Origin: the human T2T-CHM13v2.0 reference genome, Homo sapiens
Length of the DNA: 64,000 bases
Assembly (NCBI RefSeq): GCF_009914755.1
Contig: NC_060929.1
Reading direction: 5' to 3' (one strand)
Shown here one piece after another: positions 13,245 through 26,349 of this stretch. The notes beneath the pieces were generated by a model. It was not told where the DNA came from. It worked only from the letters and a program-made list of their open reading frames with translations, and searched no databases. A program made the translations under genes and the position numbers. The stretch's first letter is position 1, and the number at the start of each line of letters is the position of its first letter.

Positions 13245-13700
13245 GGGCGTCGGATTTGCTCCACCCCCCCACCCCCACCACACCCACCACCCCCCACCCA
13301 CCACTCCCCGCGGAGCTCTAGGCCGGCATCTCTCCGCGAGCCGCGGGTCAAGTGCCGGCGGCTAATGGTGCGCGAGGAGCCGCCACCCATTCGGCGTTGG
13401 CTCTGGCGTCGGGGTCGTTGTGACAACCGCTCCAGTAGCCGTTTCCGAGGCAGCAGGTGCGGCCGCTTTAGCCCTGAGCGGGCTCTGCGGCTGCCTGCGA
13501 GTCTCTGCTGTGCCGACCCTTCTCTTCGCGGACCCCACGCCAAGCAGCGACCCTGAGGCGACAGCCGGAGCGCCCGGCAATGGCGGCCTCGACGGCCTCC
13601 CACCGGCCCATCAAGGGGATCTTGAAGAACAAGACCTCTACGACTTCCTCTATGGTGGCGTCGGCCGAACAGCCCCGCAGGAGTGTCGACGAGGAGCTGA
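13245..13700. promoter_or_regulatory. CpG-island-like 5' leader and start of the retrogene, with a C-rich CACCC tract
   Basis: Abrupt GC- and CpG-dense segment in AT-rich L1 surroundings; CCACCC-type tract at 13260-13309. Confidence 0.7.
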
Positions 13701-14197
13701 GCAAAAAATCCCAGAAGTGGGATGAAATTAACATCTTGGCGACCTATCATCCAGCAGACAAAGGCTATGGTTTAATGAAAATAGATGAACCAAGCCCTCC
13801 TTACCATAGTATGATGGGTGATGATGAAGATGCGTGTAGGGACACCGAGACCACTGAAGCCATGGCGCCAGACATCCTAGCCAAGAAATTAGCTGCTGCT
13901 GAAGGCTTGGAGCCAAAGTACCGGATTCAGGAACAAGAAAGCAGTGGAGAGGAGGATAGTGACCTCTCACCTGAAGAACGAGAAAAAAAGCGACAATTTG
14001 AAATGAGAAGGAAGCTTCACTACAATGAAGGACTCAATATCAAACTAGCCAGACAATTAATTTCAAAAGACCTACATGATGATGATGAAGATGAAGAAAT
14101 GTTAGAGACTGCAGATGGAGAAAGCATGAATACGGAAGAATCAAATCAAGGATCTACTCCAAGTGACCAACAGCAAAACAAATTACGAAGTTCATAG
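13580..14197 (+). CDS. PPP1R2B: Protein phosphatase inhibitor-2 family retrogene (PPP1R2B / PPP1R2P3), intact 205 aa
   Basis: Uninterrupted, intronless ORF with a strong Kozak context (gcaATGg). It carries the inhibitor-2 motifs KGILK, KSQKW and RKLHYNEG. Compared with parental PPP1R2 as I recall it, there are 9 substitutions including T73P and S87R, which are diagnostic of PPP1R2P3. Confidence 0.93.
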   Translation: MAASTASHRPIKGILKNKTSTTSSMVASAEQPRRSVDEELSKKSQKWDEINILATYHPADKGYGLMKIDEPSPPYHSMMGDDEDACRDTETTEAMAPDILAKKLAAAEGLEPKYRIQEQESSGEEDSDLSPEEREKKRQFEMRRKLHYNEGLNIKLARQLISKDLHDDDEDEEMLETADGESMNTEESNQGSTPSDQQQNKLRSS

Positions 14198-16637
14198 AAG
14201 AGATTTGTTCAACACTGCAATTGTTTGTTAGATATAAACCCTGTGACTATAATACATTGCTTCTTGTTCTCCACAATTCATGACTTAAGTACCAAAATGC
14301 ATACCAGTTATTATATATTGCCAAGAATTAAATGATAAACTTAGAGACTAATTAGACTGAAAATGCCTAATTGATATATATATTCTTATGCCTAGTACTT
14401 TACCACAAATACAGTGTAATATCATCAGTCCAAAACTGCATTACTTTCATAAGAACACTGGTTAATTTGTATAAGATATTATAGAGCTTTTTATGCTTTA
14501 GAAGTTAAGCAATATCTTTGGGGGGGAACTAATTTATTTTCATCACTCGAAATGTGGTAGCTCTTACAAAGTTTGTTGATTTGTTTTTTTAAAAATCAAA
14601 AGCCAGTTGAACAACAGGATATATAGACTTATAAATATTCAAGCTGAATCGTATTTTAACACTTCTCTTCAACTTGATTTGTCTGTTTAATTGAAAAGAA
14701 TTGTAAGAGTTACTGTTGCATTTTCTGACCTACTACCTTTAAAATTCCTGTTGAGTTTCTTTGTGTTTACAAGGAAAGGACTGAACTTTTTCTCATCAAA
14801 ACTAGCTTTTTTCCCCACAAATAAATTATCAGGTTAAACTTTCACCAATGTCTGCTCTGTTTTTTGGCAGGGGGTTTGTTTGTTTTTGTTTTTTAATGTT
14901 TTTGGTACACTGGGCAGACTTCAGAGCAGTTTTTTAAAAAATAAATATTCTAATGTAGCTATCTCGCCATTCCCTTTAAATACCTGTCTTAACCTCCTGC
15001 TTTTATTTCCTACTCCTTTCCACACATATACACACAATCTTTTACCTTTTAAAGGATCATTAAGATTGTCACGACATTAGGAACTCTTTCTGTCACTCTT
15101 CTGTCATTTGCTGCTGTGTTGAAATTCTTATTTTGACCATCAATGCCTATGAATTCTTCTAATACATGAAGAAAATAGATTGAGTAGCAGCAGTACTATA
15201 GGCAGGAAATACAGTTTAACTGCTGAATTTCTATGCCTCTCGATTTACAGATTGCTAATTAAATTGCTATTATTAGTTTGGCTTAATTAGACTTAAGAAA
15301 ACAACCGAGGGTTTTTTTTTGTTTTTTGAGGGTTTTCTTTGCATGAGAATTGTATGTAACCAGTGATATGATTATTCCTGAATGTACAGACAGAAGTAAG
15401 CCTGGACATTTTTTAATTTAAAAACTTTAAATAGTCCCTGCTTTAAGGGAATATGATAATGTATACTATGACAAATGTACCTTATTCCTCTAACGCAGTA
15501 AGAATTATGTGGAATATTTTCCTTAAACGAAGTGCAGGAAAGCCCTGTGTGTCTTGGTTTGGTTATGGTTTCATTTCTAGCCATACAATTGATGAATCAT
15601 ATACAATTTTCGTTAGTACCAAAATAATCTGTTATATGAACAGACTTCTAAAATAATGTCTGTATAATATATATTTATATATATAAAATAAGGCTTTTAT
15701 TGAACAGCTTATCTTCCACTTGCAGGTTTATAGAAATATCAGTATTTCAAAATAAATAAAAAGTGGGAGAATTCTTTGCTGTTAGAAGAATGTGGTTATT
15801 ATTTTGATTTTTTTAAATGAGATATATAATCAAAGTACTGCTGAACTATAAGTGCAGTATTCTAAACATTTCATCTAGTAATACCACTGATTTAGAAACA
15901 AAACTGTTTATCTCTGGTTTCTGAATTTAGAATTTTGGGATTACCTGTTTAAATCTGTCTTGGGGGATGTAGAGATTAAGTCTGTACATATGTGTGCACA
16001 TATATTCATGCAACCTCTGATTTTGGTTTTCTTGTTTCTGAGTTCTTAGAAAGTGTCCACATACTCTTTTTTGTAGAAGTAGCTGTTGTAGAGTGAAGAA
16101 AAGGATAAGACTTTAAACAGTTGATTCTTTTTGTGTTTTCTACAAACTATTTTTTGAAATTTAAATCACAAGCAAACTCATTTTCTGGTTTTTAGAAAGT
16201 AGATGATTTCAGAGGAGTAAGGCATGCCAAGCAGCATGCTCAGTGGGGTTTTAGGCTGTCACATGCAGCTGAGAAAAGGTATGTTCAAGTCATAAGTCGC
16301 TAATTGATAGGGTATGAACTAGTCAAAATATGAACCATTATGATTCAAGTTAGATTTTCCTCTGGAGAGACAGATCTGAATGTTCAGTTCTAGCCAAGGT
16401 AGATTTTACTTTCAACTTTTTAATCAGTATCACTTTCTGTGCTTAACTCTCTGGTGTTACCTTGTCCGTTTTCATTGGTCTAAAATTCTGAAGAGATGAC
16501 TAAAATTTGACATAATGGTATAAATGGATTATTAAGGGTAACTTTCAGTTGAAGAGAAAAGAAAGATGCCATTTTCCCCATGACTTTGATTTTGTTTACA
16601 TTTTTCCCTTTAAGTTAGTATACACTACGCATACGGT

Positions 16638-16643
16638 AATAAA
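16638..16643 (+). terminator. Distal polyadenylation signal of the retrocopied mRNA
   Basis: AATAAA 12 nt before the residual poly(A) and the 3' TSD. Confidence 0.8.
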
Positions 16644-16674
16644 ATACAATAATATAAAAAAAAGAACTATGAAA

Positions 16675-19085
16675 GATACACTAAAAATAAAAAGTAACAA
16701 ATTAAAACATACTACCAGAGAAAATCGCTTAACCACAAAGACAGTAAGAAAGGAAGAAAGGAGTTACAAAACAACCAGAAAACAAGCAACAGAATGTTTG
16801 CTTGTAGTACATCCTTACTTAATAACACTAAATGTAAATGAACTCAATTCTCCAATTAAAAGACATGGAGTAGCTGAATGGATAATGAAACAAAACCCAA
16901 CTACATGCTGCCTACAAGAAACCCACCTCAACTATATAGAAACACATAGACTGAAAGTAAAAGAATGGAAAAAGGTACTCCGTGCCTGCAGAAACCAAAA
17001 AAGAATAGGAGTAGCTATGCTTATACAGAATGGATGACAAGTCAAAGTCTGTAAAGAGAGACCACAGAAGGTCACAATATAATGATAAAGGGGTCAATTC
17101 AGCAAGAAGATATAATATAAATATTTATGCACCCAACACCAGAGCTTCCAAGTATATGAAGAAAACATTAATAGATCTAAAGGGAGACATAGACTGCAGT
17201 ACAATAGTAGTAAGGGATTTCAATACCCACCTCTCAGTAATTGACAGATCATTCAGACAGAAAATCACAAAGAAACATTGAACTTGAACTACACATTAGA
17301 CCAAACAGGTCTAACTGACATTTACAGAATATCACCCAACTGCTACAGAATACACATTATTTTCATCAGCACATGGAACATTCACTAGAATAGACAGTAC
17401 CTTAGGCCACAGAACAAATATTAAAAAATTCAAAAGTAGAAATCATATTAACTATCTTTTCTGACCACAAAGAGTAAAATTAGAAATCAATAATAAGACG
17501 AATTTTGGAAACTACATGAACATTGAAATTTAAAATGTGCTTCTAAACAACCAACAGGTCAATTAAAGGTTAACAAAGAAATTTTAAAATTCTTGAAATA
17601 AATGAAAATGGAAATACAACATATCAAAATCTATAGATACAGCAAAAATGGTGCTAAGAGGAAAGCTTATAGCAATAATCTCCTACCTCAAAAAAGTAGG
17701 AAGACTTTTAAAATACAACCTAACAATGTGACTGTAGGAACTAAAAAACAAGAACAAACCAAACCCAAAATTAGACAGAAATAATAAAGATTAGAGCAGA
17801 AATACATAAAATCAAGACAAAAAATACAGATCAACTTTAAAATGAAAAGATGTTTTTTTGAAAAGATAAACAGAAATTGAGAAACCTTCAACTAGATTAA
17901 GAAAAATGGAAGACCAAAATAAATAAAATCAGAAACAAAAAAGGAGAGATAATAACTGAAATCACAGAAATACAAAGAACCATTAGAGACTATTATGAAC
18001 AACTATATGCCAGCAAATTGGAAAAACCTAGAACAAATCTACATTCTTGGGCAGATATGACCTACCAAGATTAAACCATGAAAAAATAGAAAACTTCAAC
18101 AAATAAACAAGTAATGAGATTGAAGCTATAATAAAACATTTCTCATTAAACAAATTCCCCTGACTGAATGGCTTCACTAATGAATTCAACCAAACATTTA
18201 AAGATGAAACAATACCAATTCTATTCAAACTCCTCAAAAAATTAAAGAGGAGGGAATATTTCCAAACTTTTGAGGTCAGCATTACCCTGACACCAAACCA
18301 GACGAGGATACAACAACGAAAACTACTGGCCAATATCACTGATGAACATATATGCAAAAATCCTCAACAAAATATAAGCAAACTGAATTCAACAACACAT
18401 TAAAAAGGTTACCAACACATTAAAAAGGTTACTTACCATAATCATGAAGGATTTATCCCAGGAATGCAAGGATGTTTCAACATACACAAATGACTCAGGG
18501 TGATACATTTCATTAACAGAATCAAGAACAAAAACCACAAGATTATTTTAATGATGCTGAAATAGTCTTTGATAAAATTCAGCATCCCTTTCTCATAAAA
18601 AATACTTGGGTACAGGAGGAACATGTCTAAAAATAATAAAAGCCACTTTGTCAAATCCACAGCTAACATCATACTGAACGGGGAAAAAATGAAAGCCTTT
18701 CCTCTAAGATTTGGAACAAGACAAGGATGCCCATTTTCACCACTTTTTATTCAACATAGTGTTTAAAGTCCTGGCCAGAGTAGTTAGGAAAAGGAAGGAA
18801 ATAAAGGACATTCGAACTGAAAAGGAAGAAATCAAATTAGCTTTTTTGCAGATGACATGGCCTTGTATTTAAGAAAAACCTAAAGACTCTACAAAAAAAA
18901 AAAAAAAAAAGCCTTAAAACTGATAAATGAATTGTAGGTTACAAAATTAACATACAAAAATCAGTAGCGTTTATATACACCAACAGTGAACAATCTGAAA
19001 AAGAAATCAAGAAAGCAACCCCATTTACAATAACTACAAAGAATATAAACTAGGAATAATTTAACCAAAGAAGTGAAAGATTTAT
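16675..19085 (+). mobile_element. Continuation of the same L1: degenerate ORF2 (endonuclease through RT), 3'-truncated
   Basis: Endonuclease motif TLNVNELNSPIKRH...CCLQETHL; RT motif tttgcagatgacatg (FADDM) near 18845-18860; many stops and frameshifts. Confidence 0.9.
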
Positions 19086-19089
19086 ATAG

Positions 19090-19312
19090 TTCAATATTAA
19101 TGAATAAACAGTATGATTAAATAAAGTTTATTTCAAACAGAAACACACATAAAACAGGTCATATGTTAACTGGTTGATAAAATATTGTGACCAGACGCTT
19201 ACAAAAATCTAATCCTATATTTTCTCCTGGGAGCAGTGGTTTGGTACTCTCTAATTCAGGGTCTGTGGTGACTTCATAAAATGTACCTACTGGAAATAAT
19301 AAGCATCAATTA
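19090..19312 (+). mobile_element. Tigger4/Zombi-like DNA transposon end
   Basis: aacagaaacacacataaaacagg...tgtgaccaga...ggagcagtggtttggtactctctaattcag resembles a recalled Tigger4 terminus. Confidence 0.6.
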
Positions 19313-19582
19313 TATATACACATATGTGTATATAATAGATATATACATGTACATAATTGTCTATGTGTAAATTTAATGATTACTAATAGAGGTTAGTGCC
19401 ATTTCTTTAATTTGTTCTAAAGCACCAGCAGTTTATTCATCGTTGCCTTTGTACCATCAGTACAAATGTCAAACACTATAGAAAATAACATCTTACTATC
19501 ACTATTAAAATACTAAAGATGTCCCTCTCAGGGGTTAAAAATGTTTTCATTACCAAACAGACTACTTTAAAGTACGAAGTTA

Positions 19583-19878
19583 GTCTGGGTGCGGTGGCTT
19601 ACACCTATAATCCTAGCACTTTGGGAGGTCAAGGTGGGGGATGATTTGAGGTCAGGAGTTTGAGACCAGCCTGGACAACATGGTGAAACCCCATCTCTGG
19701 AAAAATACAAAAATTAGCTGCTGTGGCAGTGCATGCCTGTAATCCCAGTTACTTGGGAGGCTGAGGCACAAGAATCCCTGAACCCAGGAGGCGGATGTTG
19801 CAGTAAGCTGAGGCTGCGCCACTGCACTCCAGGCTGGGCAACAGAGCGAGACTCAGTCTCCAAATAAAAGAAAATAAA
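19583..19878 (+). mobile_element. Alu
   Basis: Full dimer. Confidence 0.95.
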
Positions 19879-20110
19879 AGTCCTAATTTTTTGCCTTCAA
19901 GTATGTCAGTATTTCACCAGTGCTATCTGTATAAGTTTTATTGGTTTTACTTTTTATGCATTGAGGTAGTGTTTCCAAATGCTTTTGAATTTAAATTCTT
20001 AAATTTAAGTTATAATTTAAGCCTTATAATAAGCCTTGACAACAAATATGTAAATAGAAACAAAATTCATGCCTTGTTCTGTTCTTCTTCCCTTTTCTTT
20101 TTTTCACTTT

Positions 20111-20495
<385 letters not shown>

Positions 20496-22348
20496 TAATT
20501 AACTGTTCCTACGTTACCTCTAAGTTACTTCCACTGAGATACAAATGAAATATATTTTGTCCACTTACACATTTTAAAGTAGAAGATAATATTCAGCACA
20601 TGACTTGAAGTTATAAATAAAATAGAAAAACTTGTTTGAGGTGATGGGAAAATAAAATTACTAAAGGGAAATTTTTTTTTAATTTTAAAATTGGAGCTAT
20701 TATTGCCTATAGGAGGGAAAAGAAAAATAGATCACTTATATTGCCTTCATGTCTAAAATATAGTTTGATAAAAAAGAATTATGATTTAAAAAAACACTAT
20801 AGGTTTTATGGGTGGATAGAAAGGAGATAAATTTGAAATAAGCATTAAAAGATTAAGAAATTAATAAGAACTATTATTATTAGCAGACACATATTTAGAA
20901 GGTGATTTGTACAGGAAACTCTCTTTCAATGCATCCTATCATGCCAGTTTGATAGAGTCTCTTCTCTCATCTACTTTTTCCATGTACTAGCCATGCGGCA
21001 AGGTTATTAAAGATGAGATTTAAATCTTTGATGAGATGAGGCTGCAAAGAAACCAAACTGAGTGGGTAAAGTTCCTCCAGGGGCTTACGAGGTGCTTTTT
21101 AAGACTGACTAGTCTAGACTGTGGAAAAGGTACTAATGACCTTAAAGGGAATGGATATTCTGTGATTATCCTGTAGAAATACTGATTAGAGAGCAGGAAA
21201 TAAGGAAATGTCCTCTTTTCTCTCTTGTACGTAAGCAGAGAAAAAGAACGGAATGGTGGGGTATATCATTTTGGCCTTGACCCTGAAGCACAAAGGTTTA
21301 GAATTTTTGATCATGGGAAACAAACTGGTCTTGCACAGATAGGGTTGAGCAAATTACATTACAATTAGGCTTTAATCTGGAATTCAAGAAATGATTCAGG
21401 AAAGTCAAGTCTCTCATTTGTTACAAAAACATTCTTCCCCTCACTTAGTTTGCTATTCTACACCTTTGCAGGGCTTGTCCCACGGATGTTTCCCTTTGCT
21501 ATCTTGGCTTTGTTCTTCCTCCACTGGTTTTGCTAACTAAAGACAGGACCAGTTTAGCCCAGTATAACTAGAACCCTGTGTGTAATGGTAACTTTATCTC
21601 TCCAACTTTGAAACTAGTTAACAGCCCTTATCAGCAAATAAAAGGCTTCTACAGCAGACAAGTGACTGAGAACCCCATAAAAAGCTAAAATAAAAAAAAA
21701 AAGCTGCACAAAGCTAAAACAAATTTCAGCTTTATGTCTCCCTTGATTTCTGCAATAAGTATAAAAACCTAACATGTGTATTGGCCTTTTTATTATAAGT
21801 CATTACTATTGTGCTGTTTTCATATCACCTAGTACCTTCTTAGTTGGGACCTTCCAGTAAAACAAACATTCAAACTGGGGCACTTTTAAAAATAAAGAGG
21901 CACAACTCTATTCAGATTCTACAGTTGTAAAGTTGTAAGTTTTCCAGAACTCACTTGGAATTATAGCACACACATAAACAATGAGAATTCTAAAAGCCAA
22001 ACTTCAGTTTTATAAAATATTTGTCTAAATTTTATTCAATAAAATAGACATTTTTAAATTAAGAAAGCTGTCATGTAGACAGCTCTTTCAGTTAAAAATA
22101 AGTGCAACTAATAAAATAAGCACAAACACTCATTCCTATCATGTGATTCTGTATTAAACTGCATTCCTGTATCTAGAAGCAATAAGAAGACTGAAGTAAT
22201 TAGAATAATTTAATTCTGAAAAAGACCATTTTTGTTCATGATTTTTAACCACCAAATATTTTTAAATTCATTAGATGGAAAAAAGATTTTTCACTTATTT
22301 TATATAACCTCAAAGGTCAGAATTTAGGTACTTTAAAAAAAAAAAAAA

Positions 22349-22661
22349 AGCCAGGTGCAGTGGCAGCTCACGCCTGTAATCCCAGCACTTTAGGACACCA
22401 AGGCAGGTGAATCACTTGAGGACTTGAGGTCATGAGTTCGAGACCAGCCTAGCCAACATGGTGACATCCCATCTCTACTAAAAATACAAAAAATTAGCCA
22501 GGCATGGTGGTGGGTGCCTGTAGTCCCAGCTACTCAGGAGGCTGAGGCAGGAGAATCACTTGAACCCAGGAGGCGGAGGTTGCAGTGAGTCAAGATCGAT
22601 CATACCACTTCACTCCAGCCTGGGCAACAGAGCAAAACTCCACCTCAAAAAAAAACAAAAA
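22349..22661 (+). mobile_element. Alu
   Basis: Dimer with a small internal duplication (acttgagg twice). Confidence 0.95.
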
Positions 22662-23331
22662 AGCTTCCGGGAGAATATTTTCAGTGAGAACATTATTACT
22701 AAGAAAATATCAAATTTTGAAGTGGGTTCTAATAGGAGTAAGTGAGTTCTCTGTTACTAGGGGTATTGAAACCAAAACCCATTTGGATACTTCAGTGGTC
22801 CCTCAACCATAGGCTGTTAAAATAGATAAGTAATTTCAAGCTTACTTTATGTATCTTAGCAGTAGAAGCTTTATTGAAATGAAATATTGATGTCTAGATT
22901 CCATAAAAATGATGGCAACTACAGAAACCAGAATCTTTCTTCCTATTCTGCGAAAACCATTCCAATAAATACAGCACAAATAAAATCCCATCTTTTTTCA
23001 ACTAGGAAAAGAGATAGTAATTCAAACTTCAAGTTATGTGCATGAGGAGAAGTAAACATTCTGAAACCAGTAGTGCCTTTTCAGAGCCCATGTCAGGGCA
23101 GACTCATGCACAGACTGAGTGGAAAGCAGATGGGACAATAGGATACTAACAATGGGGAAACACACATAGAACTGCCTCTGGAGAAAAGCTCCCACCTTGA
23201 GTGGCAAAGTTCCTAAAATAAGCCTTAGATCTTGGGTATCCCAGCACTGGGTCCTAGAAATAGAAATGAAGGGGTCTGAAATTGCTTAGGATCACAGGTG
23301 GTAGATTTGGAAGCCAATGCATGAATGTGAA

Positions 23332-23334
23332 AGT

Positions 23335-23401
<67 letters not shown>

Positions 23402-23426
23402 TGTGTGTGTGTGTGTGTGTGTGTCT
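23332..23426. repeat. Compound (TG)n-(GA)n-(TG)n microsatellite
   Basis: Directly visible in the sequence. Confidence 0.97.
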
Positions 23427-24008
23427 GTGTTGGGAAAGGTGACTTCATGGTTAAGTCTGAAAAAAAACAAACCAGAAAAATGAAATAGAGGTAAAATGAA
23501 TCATAGAGAAAGGGATAGGCATGGAAGAGAAGCAAAGACTCAATAAACCTATAATGAGAGTCCCTGAAGAGAAAAAACAATTATCACTTTTAAATATGGA
23601 ATAGAATTCAAAGCTGTAAGTCTCCTCCCCCACAAAATTTTCCAGATATTAGACCAGACTTGAATCTACAAAGTAAAAAGATTCATTCTGCATATGGAAA
23701 AATTGCCAAAGCATAATAAGCTCCATGATATATGTTAGTAAAATAATTATGCTATGAAGGCAAAGAATTCCCCCGACTCTCCTCCAGCCACCATCAGTTG
23801 CCACTAAAATCTCAACAGCAGTATATGGAGCAAGAAACAATGCACAGCATTCTCAAGAAACTCAAGACATGCAAAAGGGAGCCCACAATTGTGTATTCAG
23901 TTGAACTACCCTTTAACTATCAAGACCATGGAAAAACAATTTTAAACATGCAAGAACTGGGGAATACTATACTCATAAACTCTTCCTGAGCAATCTACAA
24001 GAACATGG

Positions 24009-24485
<477 letters not shown>

Positions 24486-25585
24486 TATCAATGAAAAGAT
24501 CATTGTGCAAACTTTGGCCAAAGAATTAATGGTCTTTTTATCTACATATGAAAATATGTTTAATTATAGGTCTGAGACTAAAACAAAGGAGAAAAGTTTA
24601 GAGTTCTGTCAAGGTAGAAATATCACAACTTCAAAATGAAAAAAGAAAAAACAAAAGAGAAGTAAATAATGATTGTCTCATAGGGAATAGGTGGTTGAAA
24701 AAAGGCATTAGTATGAAGATTGCTAGTAGCACAAAAATATATATCTTCCAAATTTTAATTGAGAAAATAGACCATATACAAAAATAAACACAGTAAATGT
24801 AACAAAAATAATATGAGCTATACAAGACCAAACATATCAGTCCTTAAAAAAGTGAACTCGTCTCTATGCTGTATACAAGAGGCATGCTTAAGTGATTCAA
24901 AAAGGCTAAAAGTAAAAAGATGGGTGAAGGTATACCAGGTAAATGTAAACACTAAGAAAGTATAGCTGTGATTCTGATAGCAAACAACCTAAGCTAACAC
25001 TAGAGTCAAAAGAAGGAAGGCCTTTATTATGTTATAGGACACAATCCACAATTAAGATAGAAGTTATGACTATCTGGAACCCAAATAACACAGCCATCAG
25101 TCTCATAGAGCAGAAACTACAAAAGATGCCGTGATAAGTAGATTAATAAACACACTAATAATAAATTTTATCACACAAATCTCAGTCAAAGGAAAACCAA
25201 GAGGACAGAAAGCTAAGTGAACATGTAGAAGTTCCAAAAATCATTCATAGATCTAATGAATATAAGGTAAGCTTTATATACTGATAATAGAAAGTATACC
25301 TCTTCTTTGGCTACATAGAATAGGGTCACACACAAAAAGTACTATATATTGAATCACACAAACAGAAATCAGTACGTCCCACAGGATAGAACAATGCATA
25401 TGGTAAGCACAGTGAGATCAAATAAGACATTTATAACAAAAAGTAGAAAAAGTTCTTGCTAGAAATTGTAAAAACTCCTATTCAAAAATGCTTAGGTAAA
25501 AAGAAAAATATAAACTAAAATTGCAGAGTTGCTAAAATTTTGGAATTTATGAAACATAAATGAAGCTTTAAAATCAGCAGAACAG

Positions 25586-25722
25586 GCCAGGTGCAGTAGC
25601 TCACACACCTATAATCCCAGCATTTTGGGATGCTGAGGCAGGAAGATCGCTTGAGGCCAGGAGTTTGAGACCAGCCTGGGCAACATTGTGAAACCCTGTG
25701 TCTCTACAAAAACAAAAAAACA
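25586..25722 (+). mobile_element. FLAM (Alu monomer)
   Basis: TSD aaaatcag(c/t)agaaca. Confidence 0.9.
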
Positions 25723-26209
25723 AAAATCAGTAGAACACGTATAACTTAAATATTAATACCAATAAAAAGTAAAAAGTAAAGATCAATAAAGTAAAAATCA
25801 AAATATACTAAAAAACTAATTTTATTCATACTTATATTATTTATGCAGATTATAAATACAAAGTATAGAGTATAAATAATAAAAGTATAAATAAAAATTA
25901 TACAAATAAAAAGTAAAGAATAAGGGTCAATAAATACTAACTAATCAACAAAATATATGAATAAAAAGTAAAGAATAAAGGTCAATAAATTAAGTAATAT
26001 CAACAAAAGTACAACAAAGAAAGCAGAAGGGGAAAAAATCAAAACAAAAGTATAAATGAATAAAGTTGGAAACAGAAAAAAGATGAGAACCAAGAAATCA
26101 ACATGCTGGTTTACTAAAAATAGCAACAAAATAGGCAAACCACTAGTTTCTCATTCAAAAAAGAAAAAGAGTGAGAAATGAGAGAAAAAAATACCAAGTA
26201 AGAAATCAG

Positions 26210-26340
26210 TGGCCAGATGTGGCTCATGCCTGTAATCCCAGCACTTTGGTAAGCTAAGGTAAGAAAATCACTTCAGCCCGGAAGTTTGAGACCATCCTGG
26301 GCAATGTGGCAAAACCCCATCCCTGCAAACGATGCAAAAT
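26210..26340 (+). mobile_element. Alu left monomer ending at a rearrangement junction
   Basis: Left arm plus linker; no right arm, tail or TSD seen. Confidence 0.85.
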
Positions 26341-26349
26341 CAAAGGAAG

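Larger units (their letters stand above)
13228..16674 (+). pseudogene. PPP1R2B: Full processed-retrocopy insertion (5' leader, CDS, ~2.45 kb 3' UTR, poly(A)) bounded by target-site duplications
   Basis: Direct repeat AAAAGAACTATGAAA at 13228-13242 and 16660-16674; AATAAA at 16638-16643; A-tract at 16656-16663; no introns; host L1 sequence resumes after the 3' copy. Confidence 0.92.

Noticed and set aside
13235-13970. Antisense and alternate-frame ORFs over the retrogene (171, 101, 88, 80 and 72 aa)
   Set aside because: These are shadow ORFs expected in GC-rich, stop-poor sequence; several have non-ATG starts and none has a recognisable domain.
16549-17281. 162-aa and 83-aa ORFs with endonuclease motifs, apparently fused to the retrogene 3' end
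   Set aside because: Broken L1 ORF2 N-terminus lying mostly past the poly(A) signal; frameshifted and incomplete.
19313-19334. 22-bp perfect palindrome TATATACACATATGTGTATATA
   Set aside because: Low-complexity purine-pyrimidine repeat, where palindromes arise readily by chance.
25760-25995. Repeated AATAAAAAGTAAAGA...TCAATAAA units resembling a spaced array
   Set aside because: AT-rich slippage duplications in a decayed L1; irregular, and not CRISPR-like.
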